A DNA stretch of 49,035 nt, taken from a virus. Its lineage: Duplodnaviria; Caudoviricetes. Shown piece after piece: positions 19,420 through 29,800 of this stretch. Position numbers and translations under genes: made by a program. The DNA lies in IMG/VR virus record IMGVR_UViG_3300025646_000063, positions 1-49,035 of that record; one strand, given 5' to 3'. Position 1 is the first letter of the stretch, and every line of letters begins with the position of its first letter. A model generated the notes under the pieces. It made no database searches. It had not been told where the DNA came from and saw only the letters and a program-made list of their open reading frames with translations.

Positions 19420-21303
19420 ATGCCGCTGACAAAGCTCCAGTTTAGACCGGGCGTTAACCGCGAAACGACCTCTTACACTAACGAGGGCGGTTGGTTTGAC
19501 GGCGACAAAATACGCTTTCGTTTTGGTGTGCCGGAAAAAATAGGTGGCTGGCAAAGAATGTCAGAAAACACCTTCTTGGGCACTTGCCGCGCTCTCAAGC
19601 CGTTTGTCGCGCTCGACGGCTCACGGTACATGGGCCTCGGAACAAACCTCAAGTATTACATTGAAGAGGGCGGCGCTTATAACGACATTACGCCTATTCG
19701 TGTTACGACGGCGGCGGGGGATGTCACCTTTAGCGCGGTCAACGGGTCTTCTACCATTACTGTTTCAGACACGGCCCACGGCGCAGTAGCCAACGATTTT
19801 GTCACGTTCTCAGGAGCGGTTTCGCTTGGTGGAGACATCACAGCGGACGTGTTGAATCAAGAATATCAAATCAACGGCGTGATTGATGACAACAGCTACA
19901 CCATCGTAGCCAAAGACACGTCTGGGGCCACGGTCGATGCAACTGCCAGCGATACTGGTAATGGCGGTAGCTCGGTTGTCGGCGCGTACCAGATTAACGT
20001 GGGTCTGGACACGTCGGTTAGCGGCACTGGCTGGGGCGTGGGCACATGGGGCCGTGAAGGCTGGGGCGACCCAGATGCGGCGGCAGGCACTACTTCTGTT
20101 TTGCGTATTTGGACGCACGACAACTTTGGTGAAGACCTGATCATTAACGTTCGCGACTCTGGTATTTACTATTGGGACAAGACCTCGGGCCTGTCTTCAC
20201 GGGCCACGGCCCTATCTGACCTGTCCGGAGCAGATGCTACAACGCCCACCATAGCCAAGCAGGTATTGGTGTCAGATAGAGACAGGCACATTATCGCGTT
20301 TGGCTGTGACCCTGAGAACAACATTGGGGTTCAGGACCCGCTGTTAATACGATTTAGCAGTCAGGAAAACCCTACGACGTGGCAGTCTTTGCCTGACAAC
20401 ACCGCAGGGGATCTCCGTATTGGCTCGGGTTCCGAGATTGTTGCGGCGGTAGAAACGAGACAGCAAGTGCTTGTTTTTACTGATGTTTCTTTACACGCCA
20501 TGCAGTTCTTGGGGCCGCCCTTTACTTTCGGCATCAACATGCTTTCGGAAAACATTTCGATCATGTCGCCGTTAGCCGCGATTGCTCACGACGATGCTGT
20601 GTACTGGATGGGCTTTGAAGAGTTTTACGCTTACGCGGGACAGGTACAGCGTATTCCCTGTGCTGTCCGGTCTTATGTTTTTGATGACTTTAACCGTGAA
20701 CAGAAAGAGAAAGTGTTTGCGGCGCTCAACTCGGCATACAACGAAGTCTGGTGGTTCTACCCGTCGTCTGCGTCGAGCGAAGTTGACCGCTATGTCGTGT
20801 TTAATTTTCAAGAGCAAGCGTGGTATTACGGCACTCTGACGCGCACAGCTTGGGTGGATCGAGGCATCAACGACTACCCAATTGCCACGTATACTGACGG
20901 ACGACAGTATTTCCATGAGCTTGGCTTGGATGACGGCACTACGGTGCCCACTACGCCTATTTCAGCGTATGTTGAGTCCAGCCAGATCGACATTGGTGAG
21001 GGCGAGCAGTTTGCGTTTATCCGCCGCATCATTCCTGATGTGACGTTTGAGAACTCTACGGCAACCTCGCCTACTGTGACCTTTACGACAAAAGTGCGTA
21101 ATTTTCCCGGTGGCGACTACCTCAACTCTGACGACGCCGATACTACGCGGACTGCGACGACGCCGGTAGAGCAGTTTACAAACCAAGTTCATTTACGTTT
21201 GCGGGGCAGAAGCTTTGCCCTGCGGATAAGCTCTGATGACTCGCAAGTGCAATGGCGCTTGGGATCACCAAGGCTTGACATACGACCGGATGGCCGTCGA
21301 TGA
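19420..21303 (+). CDS. Tail nozzle/stabilisation protein (tubular B or P22 gp10-like)
   Basis: 627 aa; GW.D.DKIRFR.G.PEKIGGW, IRFSSQEN...W...NTAG..R, EVWWFYPS; lies before the ejection genes. Confidence 0.7.
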   Translation: MPLTKLQFRPGVNRETTSYTNEGGWFDGDKIRFRFGVPEKIGGWQRMSENTFLGTCRALKPFVALDGSRYMGLGTNLKYYIEEGGAYNDITPIRVTTAAGDVTFSAVNGSSTITVSDTAHGAVANDFVTFSGAVSLGGDITADVLNQEYQINGVIDDNSYTIVAKDTSGATVDATASDTGNGGSSVVGAYQINVGLDTSVSGTGWGVGTWGREGWGDPDAAAGTTSVLRIWTHDNFGEDLIINVRDSGIYYWDKTSGLSSRATALSDLSGADATTPTIAKQVLVSDRDRHIIAFGCDPENNIGVQDPLLIRFSSQENPTTWQSLPDNTAGDLRIGSGSEIVAAVETRQQVLVFTDVSLHAMQFLGPPFTFGINMLSENISIMSPLAAIAHDDAVYWMGFEEFYAYAGQVQRIPCAVRSYVFDDFNREQKEKVFAALNSAYNEVWWFYPSSASSEVDRYVVFNFQEQAWYYGTLTRTAWVDRGINDYPIATYTDGRQYFHELGLDDGTTVPTTPISAYVESSQIDIGEGEQFAFIRRIIPDVTFENSTATSPTVTFTTKVRNFPGGDYLNSDDADTTRTATTPVEQFTNQVHLRLRGRSFALRISSDDSQVQWRLGSPRLDIRPDGRR

Positions 21304-21599
21304 GTGGCCGCCGCCTTGTTTTACCTCAGTTTCCAACCGCTCCGCTGTCATATGACCCACGGTATATGGCAGAAGTGGTGCGGTCGTTTTCCGTGTTTCT
21401 GGAGTTGTTTAACAACCCCGGCGATGCACGGCACACGGCCCTAACTTTGACGAACCTGCAAGAAAACGATTACAACCTAGAAACGGGTGCTGTTTTCCAG
21501 CAGGATGGGAATTTAAAAATTGTTGTCGCCTATAAGCCTCACCCGGCTGGAGTAGCCGGTACGGGGGGCGTAGGGGCGGTGACTGTATCGACCCCGTAA
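21300..21599 (+). CDS. Small tail-associated protein
   Basis: Coupled to the nozzle gene; C-terminal G.VGAVTV like ORF 8200. Confidence 0.55.
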   Translation: MSGRRLVLPQFPTAPLSYDPRYMAEVVRSFSVFLELFNNPGDARHTALTLTNLQENDYNLETGAVFQQDGNLKIVVAYKPHPAGVAGTGGVGAVTVSTP

Positions 21600-21640
21600 A
21601 GGGGGTTTGATACAATAACGCGTTATTATGGGATAGCTAT

Positions 21641-23380
21641 ATGACTGCCGCCGCACTATCACAAAGTCCAGAGCCTTATGAGGTCCCTGAAGGGGGCCTT
21701 GCGTCGTTTTTGACCGCAACGGTTGGGGATTGGTCTGACGAAGCCATTAACTCTGATAACTACTATGACATCGTAAAACCCACTGCGGATCAATTAGCGG
21801 CCTTTGGTCGTGAAGAAGATGATCGCATAGCGCACGTTGCAACGGGCGAAACCGTTATACCTATGGCGGTATTTGAAGAAGATCCGGCTTTGAAAGAGGC
21901 GCTCTTTGCTCGTATGCGAGACATGGGCATTGAGCCAGAGCGTTATGTTGTCGGTAACGAGCTAAACAGTATCAACCCTGTCACGGGTCAGCCTGAGTTT
22001 TTTCTGAAGAAGATATTTAAGGGCATCAAGAAGGCGGTCAAAGGCGTCGTTAAAGTCTTCAAGAAGATTGCTCCGATTGTTCTTTCTATCGGCTTGGCGA
22101 TGACGCCTCTCGGACCTATTGTTGGCGCGGCGTTAGGTTCTGGTTTGGGTACGCTAATTCAGGGCGGTGACTTAAAAGACGCGTTTAAATCGGCGCTAAT
22201 TGGCGGCGCAATGGGCGGTCTTTCCTCTGGTATCGGCAGTGTCCTGAAAGGCGGCGAGTTTATGGCAGGCGTGAAGAGCGGCCTGCCTACGACGTTTGGT
22301 GGTGGTGTCAATCCCACTTTGCCTTCCGTAGAAGAGCTAGCATCTAAAGTGACGGAAGGAACGCCGGTAGTAGACAAAACGCTTGCAGAGCAAGTTGTGT
22401 CCGAGGCGGCGGCAGTTCCCCCAGCGGCCCCGACGGTGGCACCGGGCACTATAAACACAACTGGTCCGGTTAATCTGCTTCCCGGCCCAGTTCCCGGTGC
22501 GGCGGAAGCAGAGCTTGCTATGCGGGCAAAAACAGCGGCAGGCGGACTTCCTCAAGGGGCCACTATGGCTGGCTATCAAGGGACACCGCTTGCAGACGAC
22601 GCTGTTTCTTCCGCACTCGGACTTAAACCTGCTGTTGCAAAAGAAACGGTGATGTCTGCTTCTCCTGCAACGGGTACGGTTTCGTTGGAGGGTACAGGGT
22701 CGTCTGCTCCCGGTGGAATTAACGCTTCCAGTGTGGCGGCAAGCAGTGTTCAACAAACAGCCGACAGAACTTTTTTACAAAAAGTCAGCGACTACATGTT
22801 TAGGGCAGGGCAAAGCCCCGCTGAAGTTAACGCGGCAATGGCTAGTGCTAAAGCAGACACCATACGAGAAACGTTAGCGTCACTTAAAGCTCAAGGAATT
22901 ACGGGGCAAGTAGCACAACAAGCCGCGTTGAAGGCTGGAGAGCAAGCCGCTCAAGCCGCCGCTCCGGGCATACTAGCTAAATATGGTCCTTTAGCGGCGG
23001 CAGGGCTAGGCATCCTTGGGCTTACTGGTGGCTTTGAGCAACCTGAGATGGAGCCAATAGAAGACATGTTTGGGGGCCTAACAGGCATGGATCTTATTCG
23101 GCAAAACCCGGATAAGTATTCCGTAGGCGTACCTTTCCAATACCCGCCACCCGGAGCCGCAAATGGTGGAGATATTCAACATTTTCCACGCAAAAACGGC
23201 GCAATCTACGGCCCCGGCACGGAAACTTCCGATGACATTCCAGCAATGCTGTCGGACGGAGAATTTGTAATGACGGCAAAAGCGGTAAGAGGTGCCGGAA
23301 ACGGTAGCCGAGAGGCCGGAATGCGGCGCATGTACGACATGATGCGTAAGTTTGAAGGGGGTGCCGCGCGTGGCTACTGA
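21641..23380 (+). CDS. Internal virion/DNA-ejection protein
   Basis: INPVTGQPEFF, amphipathic basic helix, G/A-rich hydrophobic segments, C-terminal GPGT.TSDDIPAMLSDGEFV. Confidence 0.65.
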   Translation: MTAAALSQSPEPYEVPEGGLASFLTATVGDWSDEAINSDNYYDIVKPTADQLAAFGREEDDRIAHVATGETVIPMAVFEEDPALKEALFARMRDMGIEPERYVVGNELNSINPVTGQPEFFLKKIFKGIKKAVKGVVKVFKKIAPIVLSIGLAMTPLGPIVGAALGSGLGTLIQGGDLKDAFKSALIGGAMGGLSSGIGSVLKGGEFMAGVKSGLPTTFGGGVNPTLPSVEELASKVTEGTPVVDKTLAEQVVSEAAAVPPAAPTVAPGTINTTGPVNLLPGPVPGAAEAELAMRAKTAAGGLPQGATMAGYQGTPLADDAVSSALGLKPAVAKETVMSASPATGTVSLEGTGSSAPGGINASSVAASSVQQTADRTFLQKVSDYMFRAGQSPAEVNAAMASAKADTIRETLASLKAQGITGQVAQQAALKAGEQAAQAAAPGILAKYGPLAAAGLGILGLTGGFEQPEMEPIEDMFGGLTGMDLIRQNPDKYSVGVPFQYPPPGAANGGDIQHFPRKNGAIYGPGTETSDDIPAMLSDGEFVMTAKAVRGAGNGSREAGMRRMYDMMRKFEGGAARGY

Positions 23381-24689
23381 AACTCAAATTCAGCGGATTC
23401 AGGAAAACCCTGAAATTGAAGCGTACCGCATTTCTTTGTTGGGCGATGTTAATAGATTCATTGCCAACAATATGGATTACATGCGGAACTACGCGCAACC
23501 GCCCGTATTACCTCCAGCATATCAAGTAGCCGGTCTAACGCCTCTTCAACAAGAAGCGGCGGTCATGGCAAGACGCGGCATTGGCGCGTATCAGCCCTAC
23601 ATGCAGGCGGGCTTGGACGCCATGCGCCGTGGCGAGGCATACGCGGAGCAGTACGGTTTTGGTGGTCTTGGGGAAGCGTTAGGCGCGACTCGCGAAGGAC
23701 AGCTTGTTTTGTCTCAGGCCGCACAACTTGCCGCACAACAACGTGCCCAACCCTACGCTTATCAACAGGCCGCCGCAGGCGACATTGGTCGTGCGGCAGA
23801 AATGTCACGAGAAGCGGCACAGGCAGGCTATCAGGCGCTAGGCGGTACGGGCCGCCAGTTTGATCCGTACCTGACCGGACTGTACATGAACCCTTACGAA
23901 GACGCAGTGGTTCAGCAGGCTATGCGCGACATTGATCGCGGTAGCCAATTACAGCGACAAAATCTAGGCGCACAGGCCGCCGCTACCGGAGCCTTTGGCG
24001 GTTCTCGGCAGGCCGTGGCAGAGCAGGAATTGAACCGTGCGCTCGCGGAGCAAAAAGCACGGACCGCGAGCCAGCTTCGTATGGCAGGTTACGGTCAGGC
24101 AACCCAGCAGGCACAGCAGGCCTTTGAAGCCGCACAGCAAAGACGCCAACAGGCGGCACAACTTTACGGCGGTCTGGGTCAGCAGGCGGCGGGCACTGCC
24201 ATGCAAGCGGGCGCAGGCCTTGGTCAGTTGGGCTTGCAATATGGCCAGCTAGGTCAGGCTGATGTGGCACAATTGATGGATCTGGCGCAAGCTAGCGGCC
24301 AAATGGGTCAAGGACTTGGCTCTTTGGCACAGGCTGGCGGTCAGTTGGGAAGTCAGCTTAGTCAGTTTGGTATTCAGCAAGCAGGCCTTGGTCAATTGCA
24401 ACAGCAACTCAACCTTGGCGATGTCAAGACGATTGAGGCGCTGGGTGCGCGGGATCAGGCACTTCAGCAATCTATTCTGGATGCCCAGCGTCAGAGCAAC
24501 TTGCAAATGTATCAAATGCCTTATCAGCAATATTCGTTCCTCAGTGACATCTACAAAGGAACGCCATCCTCACAGCAGGTGACACAGATTAGCCAAACGC
24601 AAGACCCGTCCACTTTCCAGCAGATTGCCGGATTGGGTATTGCAGGACTTAGCGCCGCAGGCGGTGCCAAAGCAATGGGAATGTTTTAA
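23370..24689 (+). CDS. DNA transfer/ejection protein (Q/A/G-rich)
   Basis: GTG start at 23370; YMNPY..VV, GAFGGSR motifs; C-terminal hydrophobic G-rich tail. Confidence 0.65.
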   Translation: MATETQIQRIQENPEIEAYRISLLGDVNRFIANNMDYMRNYAQPPVLPPAYQVAGLTPLQQEAAVMARRGIGAYQPYMQAGLDAMRRGEAYAEQYGFGGLGEALGATREGQLVLSQAAQLAAQQRAQPYAYQQAAAGDIGRAAEMSREAAQAGYQALGGTGRQFDPYLTGLYMNPYEDAVVQQAMRDIDRGSQLQRQNLGAQAAATGAFGGSRQAVAEQELNRALAEQKARTASQLRMAGYGQATQQAQQAFEAAQQRRQQAAQLYGGLGQQAAGTAMQAGAGLGQLGLQYGQLGQADVAQLMDLAQASGQMGQGLGSLAQAGGQLGSQLSQFGIQQAGLGQLQQQLNLGDVKTIEALGARDQALQQSILDAQRQSNLQMYQMPYQQYSFLSDIYKGTPSSQQVTQISQTQDPSTFQQIAGLGIAGLSAAGGAKAMGMF

Positions 24690-26839
24690 TGAGCGTACTA
24701 AGTAGACCGTTATTCCGACAGATGGGTGGCCCCGCGCAACCCATGCCGCAGGATATGGCTCCTCCACCGCCACAGATGGACCCAGAAATGGCCCGTCAGG
24801 CAGGGGTGCTGGAGAAAGCTGAGATGGAAGCGCGGGCCGCAGGCGAACAGCTTGGGGCTGAATACGCGCAGAACATGATGGCGGGGATTGACGGCGCTCA
24901 GTCCACGGAAGATCTTATCAACGCGTTGCGTGGCAACGACAAGCCCTTAGATGCTCGACGCGAAGAGCTTGCGGGGTATGTCGGCCAATCTGACGCAAAC
25001 CAGACACCAGAGTCCGTTCTCGCGATGGTTCAGCCGGTCATTATGATGACGGAAGAGGGGATGATGGACAGCGGGATCGGCGCTCTGGTTCAACAGATTG
25101 CGGGCGACGTGGAAATGACCACGGCTGACGGCGCTCCTACCGATATGGGCATGGGCGTAGGTAGCTTGATGATGGCAGGGGCACCGGAGGCCCCTGCTCC
25201 ACAAAATTTTAGACAAGGCGGTGCTGTTCAAAAGTTCCAAACAGGGGGTGCCGCCACGTCTTTGATGAGTCTTTTGGACAATAACTTTGATTTTGGCACA
25301 GAGGTAAAGACTCAATACGAGACGTTAATGCCTTTGTTTCAAAGTATCGTTGACTCTGACGCCCGTGCCGCAGAAGCCGAAGAACGCAAAAAAATGGATG
25401 AGGCGCAGGCGCTTTTATCTGTAGCGAGAGGTGGCCTACGTTTAGCGGCGGGTGACCGAAATGCCGGAGGGTCTTTTGCGTCTCAGCTTGGTGCGGCGTT
25501 TGAGCCTACTGCGGCAGAGATCGCGGCCCTCGGGGCACAGGCACAGGAGCGGAAAGACACTGTTCGGGCACAGGATCAGCAACTACGGTTAGCGGCCCTT
25601 CAAGCTGGTATTGGTCAAGCGGGGGCTGAACAAACTCTTGATTTAAAAAGAAGTATAGCGACATTAGATGCTTTGCTTGGACCACAGAGCGGGACAATAG
25701 AAGAAGTAACGCTTAAATATCCGGACGGTAGGACAGAAACACTTAACTTGAGAACGGATTTTTCTCGATACAAAAAAGCTATTGACGAAGAAAACGCGTT
25801 AGTAGTTAAGCCTGAAGACGATAGTAAATACGGATCGGGTGTAACTGGACAAGCTTTAAACCGACTCAGTAGGCCAGATAACTTAGTGAACTTGGTGAAA
25901 GGCATACAGGGGGACAGGTCAGAGGCTTCTTTGACTGCTCTAGCTGATTTGGCTCAAATACAACAATTTGACCCGCAGACAGGTCGGGCGCTCAACACCG
26001 TGCCTGTTCACTTACAGCCTTTTGTCCGGCTGATAAATGACGAGGTTGCGTTAAAGAACTTCCAAGAGCAATCCGCAGAACAAATTTCTACTTTTAACCA
26101 AGAGTATGAACAACTAGCAAAAGACATTGCGGATGCGAAAAAAGATCCGTCAGAGCTGTATGACTACGTTGACTCACGCATAGCTACAATTGCTAGTTTA
26201 GATATGGAATCGGCAACCGGTTTACCCTCCGGGCTTCTAAACTTTGTAGAAGCGGGCGCTCAACAATTGGGGGATGTTTTTGGCGCTTCTGTCCGGGATT
26301 TTGTGGGTGACGGCATAAGCGACGTTGATCAAGCACGACGAATAATGGATTCAGTTTTGCAGTCGGTAGACCGTTATGTAGCGGGGGCACCAAATGAAAG
26401 CCGTCTGCTTAAAGAACAATACGAAAACCTTAAATCGCAATTGCCAAAACCCTCTATGTTTGAAACAGATGCCTCGGCACAAGGCGCTTTAGAAAATTAC
26501 AGGGATTTGATAAACACTGATTTAGAGCAATTGCGAATACTTATTAAAGACGCGCAGTTACAGAAGCCCAGTGATTTAGGACGATTTAGATATAGGTTGA
26601 TGCAAGCATACAACCTTAGAGAGTTGTTAAATGCGTTGGCTGTTAACTACAAATCCGGACCCGGTGGAAGAAACATACCCAGCGCACTTATAACTAATGA
26701 AAACTTAGAGAAATATCTGGATGACTTGCCGGTACTGCAAGATTTACCGGGTACGGCAATTAGGCAACCGCCTCCAAAGTCCTCATTACCGGACCTTGAT
26801 CAATACTTTTACTCCCGAACCCCCGGCGGAGAGGGCTAA
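24689..26839 (+). CDS. Internal virion/DNA-ejection protein
   Basis: 716 aa helical; DA.QTPESVLAMVQP; xxGG motifs. Confidence 0.6.
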   Translation: MSVLSRPLFRQMGGPAQPMPQDMAPPPPQMDPEMARQAGVLEKAEMEARAAGEQLGAEYAQNMMAGIDGAQSTEDLINALRGNDKPLDARREELAGYVGQSDANQTPESVLAMVQPVIMMTEEGMMDSGIGALVQQIAGDVEMTTADGAPTDMGMGVGSLMMAGAPEAPAPQNFRQGGAVQKFQTGGAATSLMSLLDNNFDFGTEVKTQYETLMPLFQSIVDSDARAAEAEERKKMDEAQALLSVARGGLRLAAGDRNAGGSFASQLGAAFEPTAAEIAALGAQAQERKDTVRAQDQQLRLAALQAGIGQAGAEQTLDLKRSIATLDALLGPQSGTIEEVTLKYPDGRTETLNLRTDFSRYKKAIDEENALVVKPEDDSKYGSGVTGQALNRLSRPDNLVNLVKGIQGDRSEASLTALADLAQIQQFDPQTGRALNTVPVHLQPFVRLINDEVALKNFQEQSAEQISTFNQEYEQLAKDIADAKKDPSELYDYVDSRIATIASLDMESATGLPSGLLNFVEAGAQQLGDVFGASVRDFVGDGISDVDQARRIMDSVLQSVDRYVAGAPNESRLLKEQYENLKSQLPKPSMFETDASAQGALENYRDLINTDLEQLRILIKDAQLQKPSDLGRFRYRLMQAYNLRELLNALAVNYKSGPGGRNIPSALITNENLEKYLDDLPVLQDLPGTAIRQPPPKSSLPDLDQYFYSRTPGGEG

Positions 26840-26841
26840 TT

Positions 26842-29800
26842 GTGGCAGAAACTCAAGAAACCTTAGACGTTTTGCAGGACATGGCAGATCCACAGCCGCC
26901 CATGCAGGTGTTTGATATTGGCGCGGCATTGCGGGACCAAGTGCCCTTAAACGTTATTAACAAAGAATTAGCCAATCGCAAAAACTTTGACTATGACGCC
27001 GCGTTTAGGGACTTGACTCAATTCCGTAAAAACGAGTTGCTTCAAGGCGGTCTTTCTGAGCAAAACATTCTTGACGAAGATTTGGCTCTCTTTGCCGATG
27101 AAATATTGCTTGAAAAGCTGAGTGATGGGGCTTATGCCCGTGAAGCAGACCCTAAAGGACGGGGCATGATGCAAGCCATGCTTGTGGATGTGCCAGCAGG
27201 CGCGGGTTTTATTAAAGGTGCCGTTGAAGGTTTTAGAAGAACTCCCGGCCCAATCCCCGTAAAATTAGGGGGAGCCGGTCTTGGAGCCATAGGTTTAAGT
27301 ACAGCGGGATACACTCCGGGAGAAATATTTCTTCGTGGTGACCCTACGGGTCTTACTGGTTATGAAGGCATCTATCCATCCGAGCCTTTGCCGTCACAAA
27401 GAGCAGAAATAGAATCGGCAAGAACATACACAGGGACTTTACTGTCTTTACTGACGGCAGGGGCCGTTGTCAAGCAGGGGGTTGTTGATCTTGGCGCGGA
27501 CGCTATAGCGCGTAACATTGAAAATATGGCCCCCGGATTAAAGCGTAGTTTTAGTCAGGTTGGCGAAAAAATTGTTCGTGGGGCAGAACGCCTCTCTGAG
27601 GCAGTGGCTAGACCTTTTGCCGCGCCTACCACAAAAGCCGAAACTGCGGGAGCTATTGCGAAAGCGGGCGTTTTATCTGCCGCGCCTGCCGCCGGGGCAT
27701 ATCTTGCGGAAACGGCAGATCCGTACAACCCCATCACTCGTGTTGCCGCCGAAGTTGGCTTTAGTGCTGTTCCTACGCAAAGAATTGCTACGTTTGTGAC
27801 CGATAAAACTGCCGGTACTTTGCTACGAACACTTAAAAATATTTTTTCAAAATCGGGAAGAGAGGACTCCGCCAGCAAGCAAATTATAGCTTCGTTAGAA
27901 GCACTTGACGCTAAGTACGCAGACGTTGAATTTGATAGAGAAACTTTTTTAGCGGACCTTGATCAAGTATTAGAAAATTCTCCTTTGGAAGACTTGGTAG
28001 CACGAGTAAATGCTCAATTACCGGAAGGTCGTCAGCAGTTAATTGTGCCTCCCTTGACGCTTGCTCAAAGAACAGCCGGAGCAAGGAAAAAAGTCGGTGA
28101 AGGCACGACAAAAGAAATAAATCCGTTAATTGGCCTTGAGGCTCTTGATCGCGGTCTGCGAAAAACAAACACGGGAACGGGGAGTTACGGAGAACTTTCC
28201 AATCAGCTTTACGACGATTTCAAATTATTTGCGGGTCGTTTGATGGACGAATTGTTGCTTCAGGCACAAGGTGATCCAAGAGCTTTGGCAGAAGCGGCGC
28301 AAATACAAGAAGCTATTTTTTCCTCGGCCATTCTTCACAGATTGGAGGCGGCAAAAGAAGCGGCAATTGAACGATCTCAAAAAGTTCAAACACCGATGCG
28401 TAGAAAGACTCAAAGCGAATTAATGGTTACTTACGTTGATCAGGCTTTAGATGACGTAAGTGACGCTACAGATATGCTGTATGACCGCGCAAAGGAGCGG
28501 TTAGCAGGTGAAAACATTCAGCCAACGTTTACCTTGGAAGCCATCAGAGAACTTCAGGATAGTGGTGTTACGGCCCTTCCGCCAATTGTATCTGAAATAC
28601 TTCGTGTCGTTAGCCCTGATGCTTCAAACTTAGAGGCGGATTTAAACCGACTCCGCGCTGTTGAAGATGAGGCGTTTACCAATTTAACGCGTCTTCAATT
28701 TCAAGCCAGATCTTATCTGAATACTTTGCCTCCTCGGGTAGAGGAGGGATTACAACCTCTTTTAAACCGCATAGAGGGCCTTCCTCCAGAAGAACAGATT
28801 CCACTTTTAAGGCAAGAGTTGGGAGAAGTAACCCGGCCTAGCGTAACTCAAACTCGGGACATAAAGGGTGAGGCGGCATATATCCGTAAATTGATTCCCG
28901 TTGCTACAGCACAAGCCGAGTTTGACAACATTGCTTCACGCGTAGCGGACGCTCGCGCACGGCTCACGGGCCAAGAGGCTTCAGAGTTATCTTTAGCTCA
29001 ATTTTTGGATTACAGAAGACGCTTGAGCCGAGCAAACAGAACCAACGTCAATCAAAATCAGGCCGCTGAAAGTTACCACATGAGCGTGGTAGAAGACGCC
29101 ATTATTCGTGATTTAGAAGCTTTATCTGGCGGTAGTTCATTACTTAATGAAGGCCCCGAAGCATACCAATCTTTTGAGGCTCTTTTACAAAGTTTAGAAG
29201 AGCAAGGTCGAGAAGGCGTTCAAGCGGGATTAATTTTACTGCGAAAAGCAAACGCTTTTAACGTAGCAAAACACGATGTTTTCACCCGTACATTTGTCGG
29301 TGATTTACGGCAAAAAGATCCGAAAGGCCGTTTACGAATTAACCCGAAGCTTGCTTTTCAAAAATTGTTCACCGGTAGTGCCGATGAAGTTTCCGAAAGA
29401 TTCAATGAAATAGAAGACGCGATTAATTGGATAAACACGGGTGGTTTTGATGCCGTGCGTGGAGGTTTGACGGAAGACGAAATTGCTCGCTTTTCTGATT
29501 CAGCGATTGCCCGTTTAGGAACGTATCAAGCAGGTAAAAACGATTTACTCAAGGTGTTTTTTAGGTCTGCTATAGATCGTGACCCTAATTCACCTACCTT
29601 TAACACGGTCAACCCTAAAGCCGCACAAAGATTTTTAGAAAAAAACGCAGAGGCTTTAGAGCCACTTTTTCCGGACGTATTTGACGACATAAGAAGAGCC
29701 GTAGATGGACGGCTTGACTTTGATGATTTGCTGGCAGAACAAGCTCGTATCGAAAAAGATTTGACGGACCAAACGTTATTATCTAATTTTCGGGGTGTTT

